A DNA stretch of 64,000 bases from Eledone cirrhosa (GCA_964016885.1 OZ024742.1:263314001-263378000); one strand, 5' to 3'. Shown: positions 26,643 through 41,469, counted from the first letter of the stretch. Translations and numbers: made by a program. Notes: generated by a model not told the origin, from the sequence alone.

Positions 26643-26750
26643 AACTCCAGTGATATCACTAACCACTACTCCAGTGATATCACTAACCACTACTCCAGTG
26701 ATATCACTAACCACTACTCCAGTGATATCACTAACCACTACTCCAGTGAT
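26643..26750. repeat. 24-bp minisatellite, ~4.5 copies
   Basis: Unit actccagtgatatcactaaccact, with degenerate units on either side. Confidence 0.9.
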
Positions 26751-26937
26751 GATTGTAAGATGGCTCCTAACTCTCAATCCAGTAATCACTGTACCACTTT
26801 CCCTAATCATCATTTCAATAGGGAATGAATCACTAACCCTTATTTCTGTGAGCAGTATTCCAGTTATTGATGGAATTAGGGTTATGGTCTAGTGATGAAT
26901 GTAACACTAACTTAGCATTTATTTCATCTATTTTTAG

Positions 26938-27060
26938 AGCTGGAAAGAGAAACAGGAGGAAGAGCTGAAAGCGAGACTGGCTGTGAGTGCAAAATATAAG
27001 AGTTATCGCAGGTATATGCGTAAAGGAGGTGCTGGACAGATTGTTTTTGGACCAGAATAG
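26938..27060 (+). CDS. DNAJC25: DNAJC25 last coding exon
   Basis: tag|SWKEKQEEELKARLAVSAKYKSYRRYMRKGGAGQIVFGPE*, resembling the DNAJC25 C-terminus. Confidence 0.95.
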   Translation, partial: SWKEKQEEELKARLAVSAKYKSYRRYMRKGGAGQIVFGPE

Positions 27061-27477
27061 ATGGATATGCAGTAGTGACCATTTGAGGTGAAAGGGAAAA
27101 GTTTACGCCTAGGCAGGGGACTTGTGATGGTTTGGAGTGGGTCAGAGATAAAGATAGAATAGAAGTGGCAGAGAATACAAGGGCAGAATAGAGATAAGGA
27201 GGGAATTGTGGTTAAGGTGGCATAAAACTTATAGTGAAGTAATTGGGTCATGCATGTACATGTAAATGAATGAATATGTCAGTGTGTTTGTGTCTACCTG
27301 AGTAACAACAGTTTAGATGATTGTGCAGGATGATAATACTTAAATATTTATTTTTGATGTGGGGCTAGTTTGTGAGGATTATAGTTTTAGACAGTGCATA
27401 ACTCTCTTTTTTTCTCGTATACACACATACACACACACACAACAAAAGATCATAAATGAAAAAAAGCAGAGGACAAT

Positions 27478-27483
27478 AATAAA
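27478..27483 (+). terminator. Candidate DNAJC25 polyadenylation signal AATAAA
   Basis: First AATAAA I could find after the stop, ~420 nt downstream; weak evidence in AT-rich DNA. Confidence 0.35.
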
Positions 27484-27756
27484 ATGTATAATTAGGTTAG
27501 TACTTATGTCAATACTTGTATGAGATGGAAAAAATGTCTTCAATGTATCAAACGTTAGTCTTATATATATATATATATAAGTGTACAATCCAATCAATCA
27601 AGAAGGAAAGATTAGAGATTAGTTGTGAGAAATATAAGCCAGTAGCAAAGAGGACTGTGCTCAATGCACATAAAATGCAAGATAACCGTTCAGTGAAAGC
27701 AAGCAAGAGAAATATAAGTAAGGCAAAAAGTATATAGGCAGAGCATAAGTATAAAC

Positions 27757-28276
27757 ATTATAGTGGGAGAATATACAACCAAATTCTTGAAAAAATATTT
27801 ATTTGTTTACAATTGTTTCAAAGGCCAAATCACAATTTGATCCATAAAAACAAAACCTATCAATTTTTGAATTGATAGGCCCAGGTGGTATTAAAATCGA
27901 ACTATGATTGGACGTCATCTTCAAAAAGCAAAAAGAATATAAATATGAATTTCAAAAATACGTCACTGATGGAGGAGACTATAAAAAACATGAAACGCAT
28001 ACCATACCAATAGAAGGTTTAAATTGGTAAATAGTATGGTACGTGTTTCATGTTTTTATAATCTCCTCCATCAGTGACATCTATTTTTGAAATTTATATT
28101 CTTTTTGCTTTCTGAAGATGAGGTCCGATCATAGTTCGATTTTAATATGACCTGGGCCTATCAATTAAAGAATTGATAGGTCTGGTTTTTATAGATCGTG
28201 TGATTTGGCCTTTGAAACAATTGTAAACGAATAGATATTTTTTAAAGAATTTGGTTATTTATTTGCCCACTATAAT
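27757..28276. repeat. 520-bp imperfect palindrome (arms ~250 bp)
   Basis: 27757-28007 is the approximate reverse complement of 28034-28276; ~26-nt spacer. Confidence 0.92.
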
Positions 28277-28360
28277 TTATATATATATATAAATAATGGA
28301 TAAACAGATTTGTCTATATATGTATAATCATAATATACAGACAAACAAATACAATAATTT

Positions 28361-28680
28361 TTATACAGTATGTAATAAACTTCATTTGCTATTTAAGTTT
28401 CATGGTATAGCTATGGTTTGAATTCTCATAGAAGACAACATTGCAATACCATATATTTTCAGACAAGTGCAAAATTGAGAAAATGTGAAAAAGGGGTTAT
28501 AACCCTCTCTTTGTTAGTCGAAAGAGAGTTATAACCCTTTAACATTCCCAATTTTTTTTATGAGTATCCATTTGGTATTGCTCGAAGAATGTGTGGCTAT
28601 GTAGTATTGTACTGTATGAGAATTCAAACAACAGCCATACCACGGAACTTGTAAATTGTTTGCCTGAAGTATTGTATAAA
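28361..28680. repeat. Second imperfect palindrome (MITE-like)
   Basis: catggtatagctatggtttgaattctcata pairs with tatgagaattcaaacaacagccataccacg; central aggggttataaccctctcttt / aaagagagttataaccctt. Confidence 0.75.
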
Positions 28681-29360
28681 GATAATATTTAACACCACCA
28701 GTGTTATTAAATTCTCTCTACTGTATGTATATATGAGTCTAGGTTTAATTGGGGGTAACCACAGTAAGTAAGGTACTCAATATATTAGTAGAATGTAAAC
28801 ATCAAATTTAAATGAAACAGTTCTAGTCTTGTAGAAGCCATTTCTATATTAAATTTGATATATATAAAGTAAACAGAAATAACAAATTACATTGAAGAAA
28901 TATATTAGTTTAACAGTTGAAATAACAGGAAAAGTGTCTTAACAGTAGTCCTTCATCAGAAGATAGAAATAAAAGATACAATAGAAAGATAAAAAGAAGA
29001 GGAGAGAACAGAACCCCCTCCCCAACACATGTTCATATTCAGTCAACCATTTTGGAGATTTGCATATACACACACACATATATGTGTTTGTGTGTATGTA
29101 TGTATGTGTATTATATATATATGTGTGTCTGTGTATATATATATATATAAAGTGTTAGTATTGGCAAAATGCAACAATGAATACTCATTATTATGTGGCA
29201 CGTTACTCTGGAGATTCCCCTGCATGCTACAAAGTTCCTTAGAGAAAATCTTTATCTCAGAGGAACGTTTAACCTGCAAGGAAAATTCCAGTGTAACAGG
29301 TCACTTTATCAGCCTTAATAAACTCTGTGTATATGTCTGTGAGTGAGTATATATATATAT

Positions 29361-29400
29361 ACTAGCAGAAAAACCACCCTTCGGGTGGTTTTCTGCTAGC
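29361..29400 (-). mobile_element. Helitron-like 3' terminus (GC hairpin plus CTAG)
   Basis: Minus strand ccacccgaagggtgg-tttttctg-CTAG|T abutting a TA run. Confidence 0.45.
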
Positions 29401-29796
29401 ATGTGTTGTGTGTATATTGATATTATACGCAAGTATATATGCATATAGATATGACATATAAAATAAAATCATAATTGACAATATACACAGAAATTGAACG
29501 AAGACTGCATTACACTGTCTACTGTAATCAGTAACGTAATCCATGATACATTAAAAGAAGACGATATTATATATAAACTGCATTAGGAGAAAATTAGTGA
29601 CGGAAAAATATGAATGTTTATTTAAGCGATCGCTAACCGGAAGTGTTGACATTTGAAAATTTTAAAGAAGTTAATCTTTAAATAAGCAATAAAATATATT
29701 TAATCAAAGGCTACGAAATTTAGCAGATAAATTATGTAATATTGTGAATGTCTATATGAGTGCGCATATATCTGTATGTATATATATATATATATA

Positions 29797-29955
29797 TGGC
29801 GAATTGGCAGAGTTGTTAAGATGTTGGATAGAATGCTTTACAATATTCGTCCCACTTCATTGCACTCTCCGAGTTCAAATCCCACCAAGGTCAACTTTGC
29901 CTTTCATCCTTACGAGGTCGATAAAAAAAGAACCAGACCAGTACTGGGGTTGATT
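29797..29955 (+). mobile_element. tRNA-derived Nin-domain-like SINE
   Basis: ggcgaattggcagagttgtta head, gagttcaaatccc, ggtcaactttgcctttcatccttacgaggtcgataaa core. Confidence 0.75.
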
Positions 29956-31769
29956 CTTCCTCTGTAGAAAAAATTGGCTGTGTTCAGACTTGGAGAGGGT
30001 TGGGCTCCACCAGGTTTAAAAGTGCCCTAGACACGCCGTTTGACGGTGCCTCTACAACTCCACAAGGAGTTATTGGATCTTTATCCTTATCCTCTATATT
30101 AACACATTCACGCATCATACATAAATGTGTACATGCATGCTTGCACACACACACACACAGTGAAGATAGTTAGATGGGTGGTTGGGTGGTTAATAGCGAT
30201 AAAAGTTTCCTGAGCCTGAACATCATTGGTGATCTTTTAAAAGAAATATCAGAAAATAAAATAAATAAAAAATAAAAATAAAAAAAATTACTGAAATAAT
30301 AAATTTAAGACTTATTAAAATTTTACGTCTTCTTTGTTGATCTCTTTCATGGAGGATGTGTGAGTATGTGTCAAAGGTTCAAATATTTATCAAATTTCTC
30401 ATTTATCTTGCAGCTTCTTCATTATTATCATCATCATCATCACCTCTACTTAATGTCTGTTTTTTCCACGCTGGCATCGGTCAGATGAGTTGTCATAGAT
30501 CCAGTTAGTACTTAATTGGAGCTACTGACCTCTTAGAAAGGGTAGAGTCCCACATTTCACTTACACACACTCCAGTACTTTACAGTGTACTAGGTGCAAT
30601 TTTATTGTGACAGCATTGTTTCCTTAACACTACTGAAGAGTTTTCTCAACCCTTTGTTTGGCAAGTATTCTATGAATAGATGTTTTTCCTAATGCCAGCC
30701 ATTTTACCACAGCACTAGGGAGGTTGTTAGTCATTGACTCCACTGAAAAGCTTTCTCTACTAAGAGAGGTTGTCATATTTGTGATGTAACGTAACAAAGA
30801 TTTTTCCTACTCATGCACTGTGAGGGAAGCATATATGACCATACTTAAATATGGAATGATAGGCGATCAGAATGAATGTGTTAGCAGTGTAGTGATTGAT
30901 AATGTCTAGTGTATAGCCACAAGGGTATGTCCTACATACAATATCTCTGGAGGCCATTTCTTCTCCGAAATTTGCTACCAAGTTCGACTGGGAACGTAAA
31001 GTACCCAGGTACTATGTGTGGCTACAAGGAGAACAGGTGTACTGGTAAAAGAGAGTAAGAACCCTTTCAACCATTTTGGCTTGGTTTCTATGACTGGATG
31101 TTGTTCCTAACTTTACAGAGTGTACTGAATGCATTTTATCGTGCCACTTCGGAGAGTGCCGGTCATTGACTTGCCTGAAGAGCCTTCTCTACCCTTGGTG
31201 TGGAGGAGCCTTTCAGTATTGATCCTCATTTAGTTTGATATTTACATGTAGTTGAGCTCTAAATTAATCCAGAATCAGCTGACCTTTAATTAAAAGAATT
31301 CAAGTCTGTCTTCAGGCATCATCATCCTCATTGTTATATCTTTTTTCCTTATTGACATTGGTTGGATGAGATTTTTTGAAGCAGTTTTTCTATGGCCAGT
31401 TGCTCTTCTTGATGCAAATCCATACTTTATTATTTTAAAGTTTATTTTATATCACCAATGCTTGTTGAACTGTTAACTTGCAAAATATTATTTATGAAAG
31501 GCATAAACAAACATTCCCCATCTGCTTTTTAAATGGTGGTAATAGGAAGACACATACACACACACACATATTTATGATGGCCATCCTTACAGTTTTCATC
31601 TACCAAATTAACTCACAAGGCCAGGGATGATTAACCATTACGCAAAGTAAGCACATGGTTAGGGCATCAAGGGAAGTGAGACACCATTTTATTCAAATTA
31701 AATGCTTTTGTCATTCCCTCAAACATTTTTTTGCACACTTTATAATGGAGGGATTATATAAATATATAT

Positions 31770-32623
31770 ATAAGGGATTCTACAGCAGTAGCCAAATATA
31801 ATACACCTGCTTAAGGTCATAATATCACCAGAACACCCAAATTTGTATGAAATGTGCAGAATATTATAGATAAGAATCCCAGAAAGTCAATTATCATCAC
31901 TGCTGAGGAGCTGAACGTTTCAAGGCATGCTATTGGAAGAATTGTGCCAATTCGTATCTATAAAGACAAAAGATAACCTTCTCATCTGTGTAAAGCACTT
32001 GTTGAGACATACAAGAACAGGAATACTTTGGTTTTTTTAATTTTTTATGAGAAAATCTTTGATCAGGACCAAAAAAGTCAAATAAAAAAATTACATAGTT
32101 TTGCAGAGACATTAAAAATATTCTAATGGTCATGCAAAGTTTCTGTGATGGTTCTGGGATTTGTGAGCTGAGAGGAATGTCATGCCTCCTCATTTTTCCT
32201 CAGTGCTGACTATAAGGTGTTGGAGATGGTTGTGAGGCCTTGAATGGAGAGTGAACAAAGGAAGCCTGTATACCTACCAACAAGACTGCTGTCTCATGAG
32301 GTCACGATGACCCAAGAAGAGATACAATTTTCATGATTTCATCACTCCAAACATGAATTCATTGGAATACTATGTTTGGAACGTAGTTAAGAGTGAAGAC
32401 AGTCTGCCCATAACTAGCATAATGTCCAAAATTGATAAAGACCATCTGATTGAGGCATGTCAACACTTCAGACCTCATATTGAAGCAGCCATCGATGTAT
32501 TGTGTAGATGCATCAAGAGGAGCCTCAAGATTATTCATACTAATTTTGTTCTCATATAAAGCTCTTTCATGACTCTTTTACTAAATAGATGCAAATGTCC
32601 TCTAAGAACTGAGCAACCCTGTA
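31770..32623 (+). mobile_element. Tc1/mariner-superfamily transposon remnant
   Basis: PNMNSLEYYVWNVV (SPDLNPLDY-W-like) and IDKDHLIEACQHFRPHIEAAI C-terminal motif; right end caaccctg|TA; left boundary approximate. Confidence 0.7.
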
Positions 32624-33754
32624 TTATTCAATATGCTCTGCAGCATAGAGTTATGGTCCTTTAAGTTCCAAGTTCAAATTTTAAGTTGATCTTTTGCTGA
32701 GGTCAACTTTGTTTTCATTCTCTGGTGTTGATAAAATAAATAAGATATATACTGGACTGATAAAATTAATTTGATTTGTAAGGAATGGTAGAATGTTAAA
32801 ACATCTGATGTGTTGCTACTTTCTGTGTTCAGATTTCAAACCCTGCTGAGATCAACTTCGTCATTCATTACACATAGTTCCTACTCCTCACCTACCAGGC
32901 CAAAGGCACAATAAGCATTCTAGTGTTGTAGTGAGATAGTGCTGGTGTCATGATAAAGAGCACCCAGTCTATCCTGTAAGGTGGTAATGTTGGAGCTATG
33001 ACAAAGAGCACTCGGACTACACTAATGTGGTGGTGCTGGAATCATGATAAAATATTTCTAGTACATTCTGTAATGTGCTTAACATTAAGAAGCCTATGTC
33101 AAAAATGGAACGTATGAGGAAGATGTGGTCACCCGACCTCAGAACATGACAGCCCATCTAACCCATGCAAGCATGGAAATATGATGATGACGCTTCTAGT
33201 AGCAGGACCATCCCATATATGCCAGAAGAGCTATTTCATATATAGCAGCAGAGCGACCTTGTACATGTCATCAGTGCTCATGTGGGTCTCTATTTTTGTA
33301 ATTAGTCAGCATCTAATCAGAGTTGAAATATGTTTTGTTTTACTAATGGAAAATGGAATGGACTCCATTGGTTTTGACAATGAGTTTTTCAATATTTTGA
33401 GCAATGGAACAGCGTGCTTGTGAAATTAATGTGTAAGTGGCTGAGTATTCTACAGATATGTGTACCCTTAATGTAATTCACATGCAGATCCAGCATAACA
33501 CGTGACAAGACTGGCCCTTTGAATTACAGGTACACTCCATCCATCCAACAACCCAATTTCACTCACAAAGCTTTGGTCGACTCAAGTCTATGGCAAATGA
33601 CATTTGCCTAAGGTGCCACATAGTTGGATTGAACCAGGGAGCTAATGGTTGCAAAGTGAACTATTCATCTGTGCTGCAACCACTGCTAATCCTTGTAAAT
33701 ACAATATTATATATATGAACACCATGAAATCCTAAACCTTATAATACAATGTTT

Positions 33755-34790
33755 ATATCATCATCATTTTGTCCGCTTTTCCCTGCTTGCAAGGGTGGGA
33801 CGGGTCTTATTCAGTACAGCATCTCTCCACTTGTCACGGCCCTTCGTCATCTCCACTGTGAGCTTCAGCAATCTGAAGTCCGTTCTCACCACCTCCGCCC
33901 ATGTTTTTCATGGTCTACCTTCACCCATCGGTCATCCTCCATGCGCATCACATGTCCATACCACCTCAGTCTCCTCTCTTGCACACTACATTCTATCCCT
34001 CTCAGACAGTTTCTCTCTCAACACATTCATGCACATCCAACGGAGCATGCTTGCCTCATTTCTCTCCAGCCGTCGCATATCCTCTGCAGTTGCTGCCCAT
34101 GTCTCACTACCATGCAGCATCGCGCTCCTCACACAGGCATCATATAACTGGCCTTTCATACGCAGGGAGGAGAAACCCTTCGTCAGCAGCCCCCTAAACT
34201 TCTTCCAACCTGTCCTTATTCTAGATACTATGGCCTTGGAACACCCTCCTCCCATGCTAATCTTATCTCCTAGGTACCGGAAGCTATCCACCACTTCTAT
34301 AGCACCCGCCTGCATTTGAAAAATGTGTCTGAATGCGACTGTCTAATTTCCCTGTACATCTACTGCATACGTATTTCTCCCTACCTGTTTGCCTGCTATC
34401 CCACTACATCTCTAGTGTACCCAGGATCTGCATATCGAACATGGCCATTTCCCTGATGGAATCAGAGTTTTGTCCTTTTATCTACTCAACACTTTTGTCT
34501 TAGCTAAGTTCACTCTCAGTCCTCTTGCTTCCATAGCCAGAATTTATTCTCTAGCTCCTCTACTGATTCTGCTATAAGAACCAGATCGTCAGCATAGAGA
34601 GGTTCCCATGGACAGCCAGTCTTAACCTCCTCTGTTATGGCTTGGAGGACTATAATAAACAAGAGCAGGCTGAGGACCGAACCTTGATGTACTCCTACTT
34701 GTATCTGGAATTCCTCACTAAACTCCATTCCTACCCTGACTTTACTGACAGCACCGCTGTATAAAGTTTGCATTGTCCTCACAAGCCAGC
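33755..34790 (-). mobile_element. RTE LINE 3' part, related subfamily, degenerate
   Basis: [13 protein letters not shown]...LYADD; FRYLGDKISMGGGC; AMLHGSETWA; (GAT)n tail at ~33756-33766. Confidence 0.9.
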
Positions 34791-34824
34791 TAGTGTGTGT
34801 ATGTATATATATATATACACACAT

Positions 34825-34855
<31 letters not shown>

Positions 34856-35091
34856 CACATATATATATATATATACACACATACATATATATATATATAT
34901 ATACACATATACATACATACATACATATATATACATATACATACATATACATACACATATACATACATACATACATATATATACATATACATACATATAC
35001 ATACATATACATACATATACATACATATACATACATATATATACATATACATACATATATATATATACATACATACATACATACATATACA

Positions 35092-35127
<36 letters not shown>

Positions 35128-35340
35128 TATACATATATATATACATACATACATATATATATATATATACATATATATATACATACATACATACATATAT
35201 ATATACATACATACATACATATATATATACATACATACATACATATATATATATATACATACATACATATATATATACATACATACATATATATATATAT
35301 ATACATATATATATACATACATACATACATATATATATAT

Positions 35341-35375
<35 letters not shown>

Positions 35376-35418
35376 CATACATACATACATATATATATAT
35401 ATATACATATATATATAC

Positions 35419-35449
<31 letters not shown>

Positions 35450-35474
35450 CATATATATATACATACATACATAC

Positions 35475-35505
<31 letters not shown>

Positions 35506-35938
35506 CATACATACATACATATATATATATATATACATATATATATACATACATACATACATATATATATATATATACATATATATATACATACATACAT
35601 ACATATATATATATATATACATATATATATACATACATACATACATATATATATATATATACATATATATATACATACATACATACATATATATATATAT
35701 ATACATATATATATACATACATACATACATATATATATATATATACATATATATATACATACATACATACATATATATATATATATACATATATATATAC
35801 ATACATACATACATATATATATATATATACATATATATATACATACATACATACATATATATATATATATACATATATATATACATACATACATACATAT
35901 ATATATATATATACATATATATATACATACATACATAC

Positions 35939-35973
<35 letters not shown>

Positions 35974-36102
35974 CATATATATATACATATATATATACAT
36001 ACATACATATATACATATATATATACATACATACATATATATATACATACATACATACATACATATATACATATATATATACATACATACATATATATAT
36101 AC

Positions 36103-36137
<35 letters not shown>

Positions 36138-36138
36138 C

Positions 36139-36173
<35 letters not shown>

Positions 36174-36202
36174 CATACATACATACATATATATATATAT
36201 AC

Positions 36203-36239
<37 letters not shown>

Positions 36240-36240
36240 C

Positions 36241-36275
<35 letters not shown>

Positions 36276-36276
36276 C

Positions 36277-36307
<31 letters not shown>

Positions 36308-36483
36308 CATACATACATACATATATATATATACATACATACATATATATACATATATACATACATACATATATACATACATACATATATATATATACAT
36401 ATATACATACATACATATATACATACATATATATACATATATATATACATACATACATACATATATATATATATATACATATA
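34791..36483. repeat. 1.7-kb (TA)n/(TACA)n array
   Basis: Direct reading; contains a perfect 42-bp higher-order repeat at ~35506-35956. Confidence 0.97.
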
Positions 36484-36538
36484 TGATGGCTGCCCCCTCG
36501 TTATCGAGTATGGCCATTGCACAAAAAAAAAAAAAAAA

Positions 36539-36625
<87 letters not shown>

Positions 36626-38691
36626 GACAACAACAATAATAATATACATATTCATATATATATACACACACACGCACGCACATAAGCATATCTACACACA
36701 CACACACACACAAACACACGATAGCAACTAACAGTGCTGCGATCGAATGTGGCTTTTTAGCCCAGCCAATGATCTAAAATGTCTTGCACAGAGTCGGCAA
36801 CCAAAACATTTACTGGGAATAGTCGGCTGTGGTTGGAGTTCGTGTACTTTTGCATGTCGCTTGAGTCCTCCTGCTGATTTACATTCTCTACCACATGTTT
36901 GGCAAGCATGATGAGTAGCATCTCCAACAGCAGCCTGGTAGTCAACCACTGGTCTTACTTTATGACTGCGAAGATGACTTTCGAGTCCAGCTTTGCTTAG
37001 GCAGAGTCTCGCACAGACGCTGCATGTCAGAAACATAGGAGGACCCTCGCCGTCTGGAAGTGCAACAGCAATACCCTTCCTCACGTCCCGCTTTACTTTC
37101 TCGTGTGCGATTCGAGATGCCTCAAAGGCAACTTTTCCCTCATATACAGTCTTTCTCCATTTATTACGATCAGCAGCAATATTTTCCCATGTATCAGCAG
37201 AGATGTTAGCGTCTTTCAGAGAGGCCTTCAAGGAATCCTTATACCTCTTTTTTGGTTTATGTGGCGGTCGTTTTCCTTTAACCAACTCTCCATAGAAGAG
37301 TTGTTTTGGTATTCTAGAATCCTTCATCCTGGCAAGGTGACCACTCCAACGGAGTCGCTGCTTAAGCACAAGAGCTTCTATACTGTCACACATAGAGCTT
37401 TCCAAAATCTCGACATCACTGATGTGGTCCCTCCAGCGAACGCCATGTATCCGTCTGAGACACATCTGATGGAAACGCTCCAATTGCTTAAGGTGGCGTC
37501 GATATGTGACCCAGGTCTCGCAGGCATAAAGAAGACAAGAGAGTACACATGCCCTGTACACCCTTACCTTTGTCCTCCTGCATATGTCTCGCCGACCCCA
37601 GAGTCGCCTTTCTAGCTTTCCGAAAGCATCACTTGCTTTCCTAATCCTAAGTGAGATTTCACCGTCAAGGTTGCCATATCGATTGACAGTGCTTCCCAGG
37701 TAGACAAACTGATCAACCACTCCAAGTCGTTTGCCATACACATAGATGTTTGGTTCAGTGTACTGCCCACCAGGTGCAGGCTGGTACATGACGACGGTTT
37801 TCTTGAGACTGACAGTCAAACCCAGGGCAGTGCAAGCGTCAGAAAATACATTCAAAATGTGCTGCATATCACTCTCTGTGTGCGCTACAAGATCGCAATC
37901 ATCTGCATACAAGAGGTCTCTTATGACTGATGTAAATACTTTTGTCTTCGCAGCAAAGCGCCTGATGTTAAATATGCTGCCTGAGGTTCGATATCGGATG
38001 TAAACACCATGCTCGCAATTCCTGAATGCAATACAGAAAACCATTGCAAAGTATATGGCAAACAGGGTCGGTGCTGGAATATCCCCCTGTTTCACTCCAT
38101 TTTTTACTGAGATAGGCTCCGACATGTTACCTCCGACATTAACCCAAGCCTTCATGTCGTCATGGAAAGACCTAACTAAAGCAAGGAACTTATCAGGGCA
38201 ACCAAGTTTCTGGAGAACCTTCCATAATGCATCTCTGTTGACAGTATCGAAAGCCTTTGTCAGATCGACAAAAACCTGATACAGATCCAAGCCCTGTTCA
38301 ATGCACTTCTCCTGGAGCTGTCTAGCTGAGAAGATCATATCAGTAGTGCCGCGTCCAACACGAAAACCAGATTGACTTTCAGGAAGGACACAATCTGCAA
38401 TGTGTGTCAGCAGACGGTCCAGAAGCACCCTACATAAAACTTTCCCCACGACAGAAAGCAATGATATACCTCTGTAGTTCCCACAATCATTCCTGTTACC
38501 CTTTCCCTTGTACAAGACCACCATTACCGCATCTCTCCAGTCCTCAGGCACGGATTCATTAGCCCATATCCCTCCAAACAGAGAGTGAAGATGTTGCAGG
38601 AGTCTCTCACCACCATATTGTAGGAGCTCAGCATGTATGCCATCCATACCTGGAGATCTTCCACTGTTCAGCTTCGAAATAGCCACCGCAA

Positions 38692-38692
<1 letters not shown>
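36483..38692 (-). mobile_element. Young 5'-truncated RTE LINE: intact RT plus three C2H2 fingers (ORF 38692-36728), with 3' UTR and terminal stem-loop
   Basis: Uninterrupted ~655 codons: [57 protein letters not shown]. No endonuclease domain. 3' end atggccatactcgataacgagggggcagccatc. Confidence 0.95.
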
Positions 38693-38731
<39 letters not shown>

Positions 38732-38734
38732 AAA

Positions 38735-38737
38735 ATA

Positions 38738-38773
<36 letters not shown>

Positions 38774-38956
38774 CATACATACATATATATATATACATAC
38801 ATACATACATATATATACATACATACATACATATATATACATACATACATACATATATACATACATACATACATACATATATATATATACATACATACAT
38901 ACATATATATACATACATACATACATATATATATATACATACATACATACATATAT

Positions 38957-38989
<33 letters not shown>

Positions 38990-39263
38990 TATACATACAT
39001 ACATATATATATATACATACATACATATATATATATACATACATACATATATATATATACATACATACATATATATATATACATACATACATACATATAT
39101 ATATATACATACATACATACATATATATACATACATACATACATATATATACATACATACATACATACACACATACATATATATATACATACATATATAT
39201 ATATACATACATACATATATATATATACATACATATATATATATACATACATACATATATACA

Positions 39264-39329
<66 letters not shown>

Positions 39330-39521
39330 TATACATACATATATATATATACATACATACATATATATATATACATACATACATATATATATATACATAC
39401 ATACACATACATATATACATACATACACATACATATATACATACATACATACATATATACATACATACATACATATATACATACATATATACATACATAC
39501 ATACATATATACATACATACA

Positions 39522-39557
<36 letters not shown>

Positions 39558-39720
39558 TATACATACATACATATATATATATACATACATACATATATAT
39601 ATATACATACATACATATATATATATACATACATACATATATATATATACATACATACATACATATATATATATACATACATACATACATATATATACAT
39701 ACATACATACATACATATAT

Positions 39721-39753
<33 letters not shown>

Positions 39754-39771
39754 TATACATACATACATATA

Positions 39772-39837
<66 letters not shown>

Positions 39838-39999
39838 TATACATACATATATATATATACATACATACATATATATATATACATACATACATATATATAT
39901 ATACATACATACACATACATATATACATACATACATACATATATACATACATACATACATATATACATACATATATACATACATACATACATACATACA

Positions 40000-40031
<32 letters not shown>

Positions 40032-40051
40032 CATACATACATACATACATA

Positions 40052-40085
<34 letters not shown>

Positions 40086-40173
40086 CATACATACATATAT
40101 ATATATACATACATACATATATATATACATACATACATATATACATACATACATATATATATATACATACATA

Positions 40174-40214
<41 letters not shown>

Positions 40215-40543
40215 ATACATACATACATACATATACATACATACATATATATACATACATACATATATATACATACATACATATATATATATACATACAT
40301 ATATATATATACATACATATATATATATACATACATACATATATATATATACATACATATATATATATACATACATATATATATATATATACATACATAT
40401 ATATATATATATACATACATATATATATATATATACATACATATATATATATACATACATATATATATACATACATATATATATACATATATATATATAC
40501 ATATATATATATACATACATATATATATATATACATACATACA

Positions 40544-40575
<32 letters not shown>

Positions 40576-40628
40576 CATATATATATATACATATATATAC
40601 ATATATATATATATATATACATATATAC

Positions 40629-40691
<63 letters not shown>

Positions 40692-40824
40692 CATATATAT
40701 ATATACATATATATATATACATATATATATATACATATATATATACATATATATATATACATATATATATATACATATATATATATACATATATATATAT
40801 ACATATATACATATATATATATAC

Positions 40825-40869
<45 letters not shown>

Positions 40870-41314
40870 CATATATATATACATATATATATATACATAT
40901 ATATATACATATATATATATACATATATATATACATACATACATACATATATATATACATACATACATACATATACATACATACATACATATACATACAT
41001 ATACATACATACATACATATACATATATATACATATACATACATATATATACATATATACATATATATATACATATATACATACATATACATACATATAT
41101 ATACATATATATACATATATACATACATATATATACATATATATACATATATATACATATATACATATATATACATATATACATATATATACATATATAC
41201 ATATATATACATATATACATATATATACATATATATACATATATATACATATATATACATATATATACATATATATACATATATATACATATATATACAT
41301 ATATATACATATAC

Positions 41315-41377
<63 letters not shown>

Positions 41378-41412
41378 CATATATATACATATATATATAT
41401 ACATATATATAC

Positions 41413-41469
<57 letters not shown>

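Noticed and set aside
26598-26892. ORFs with TTTPVISL repeats
   Set aside because: Translation of a 24-bp intronic minisatellite; DNAJC25 is complete without it.
27964-28005. Hammerhead-like ctgatgg...gaaacgc in the palindrome arms
   Set aside because: Core A9 missing; no convincing stem II or stem I.
28925-28965. CTGATGA on minus strand (also ctgatgag at ~17673 on plus)
   Set aside because: No stem II closed by GAAA downstream.
29361-29400. Bacterial bidirectional rho-independent terminator look-alike
   Set aside because: Eukaryotic context with no flanking prokaryotic genes; Helitron end preferred.
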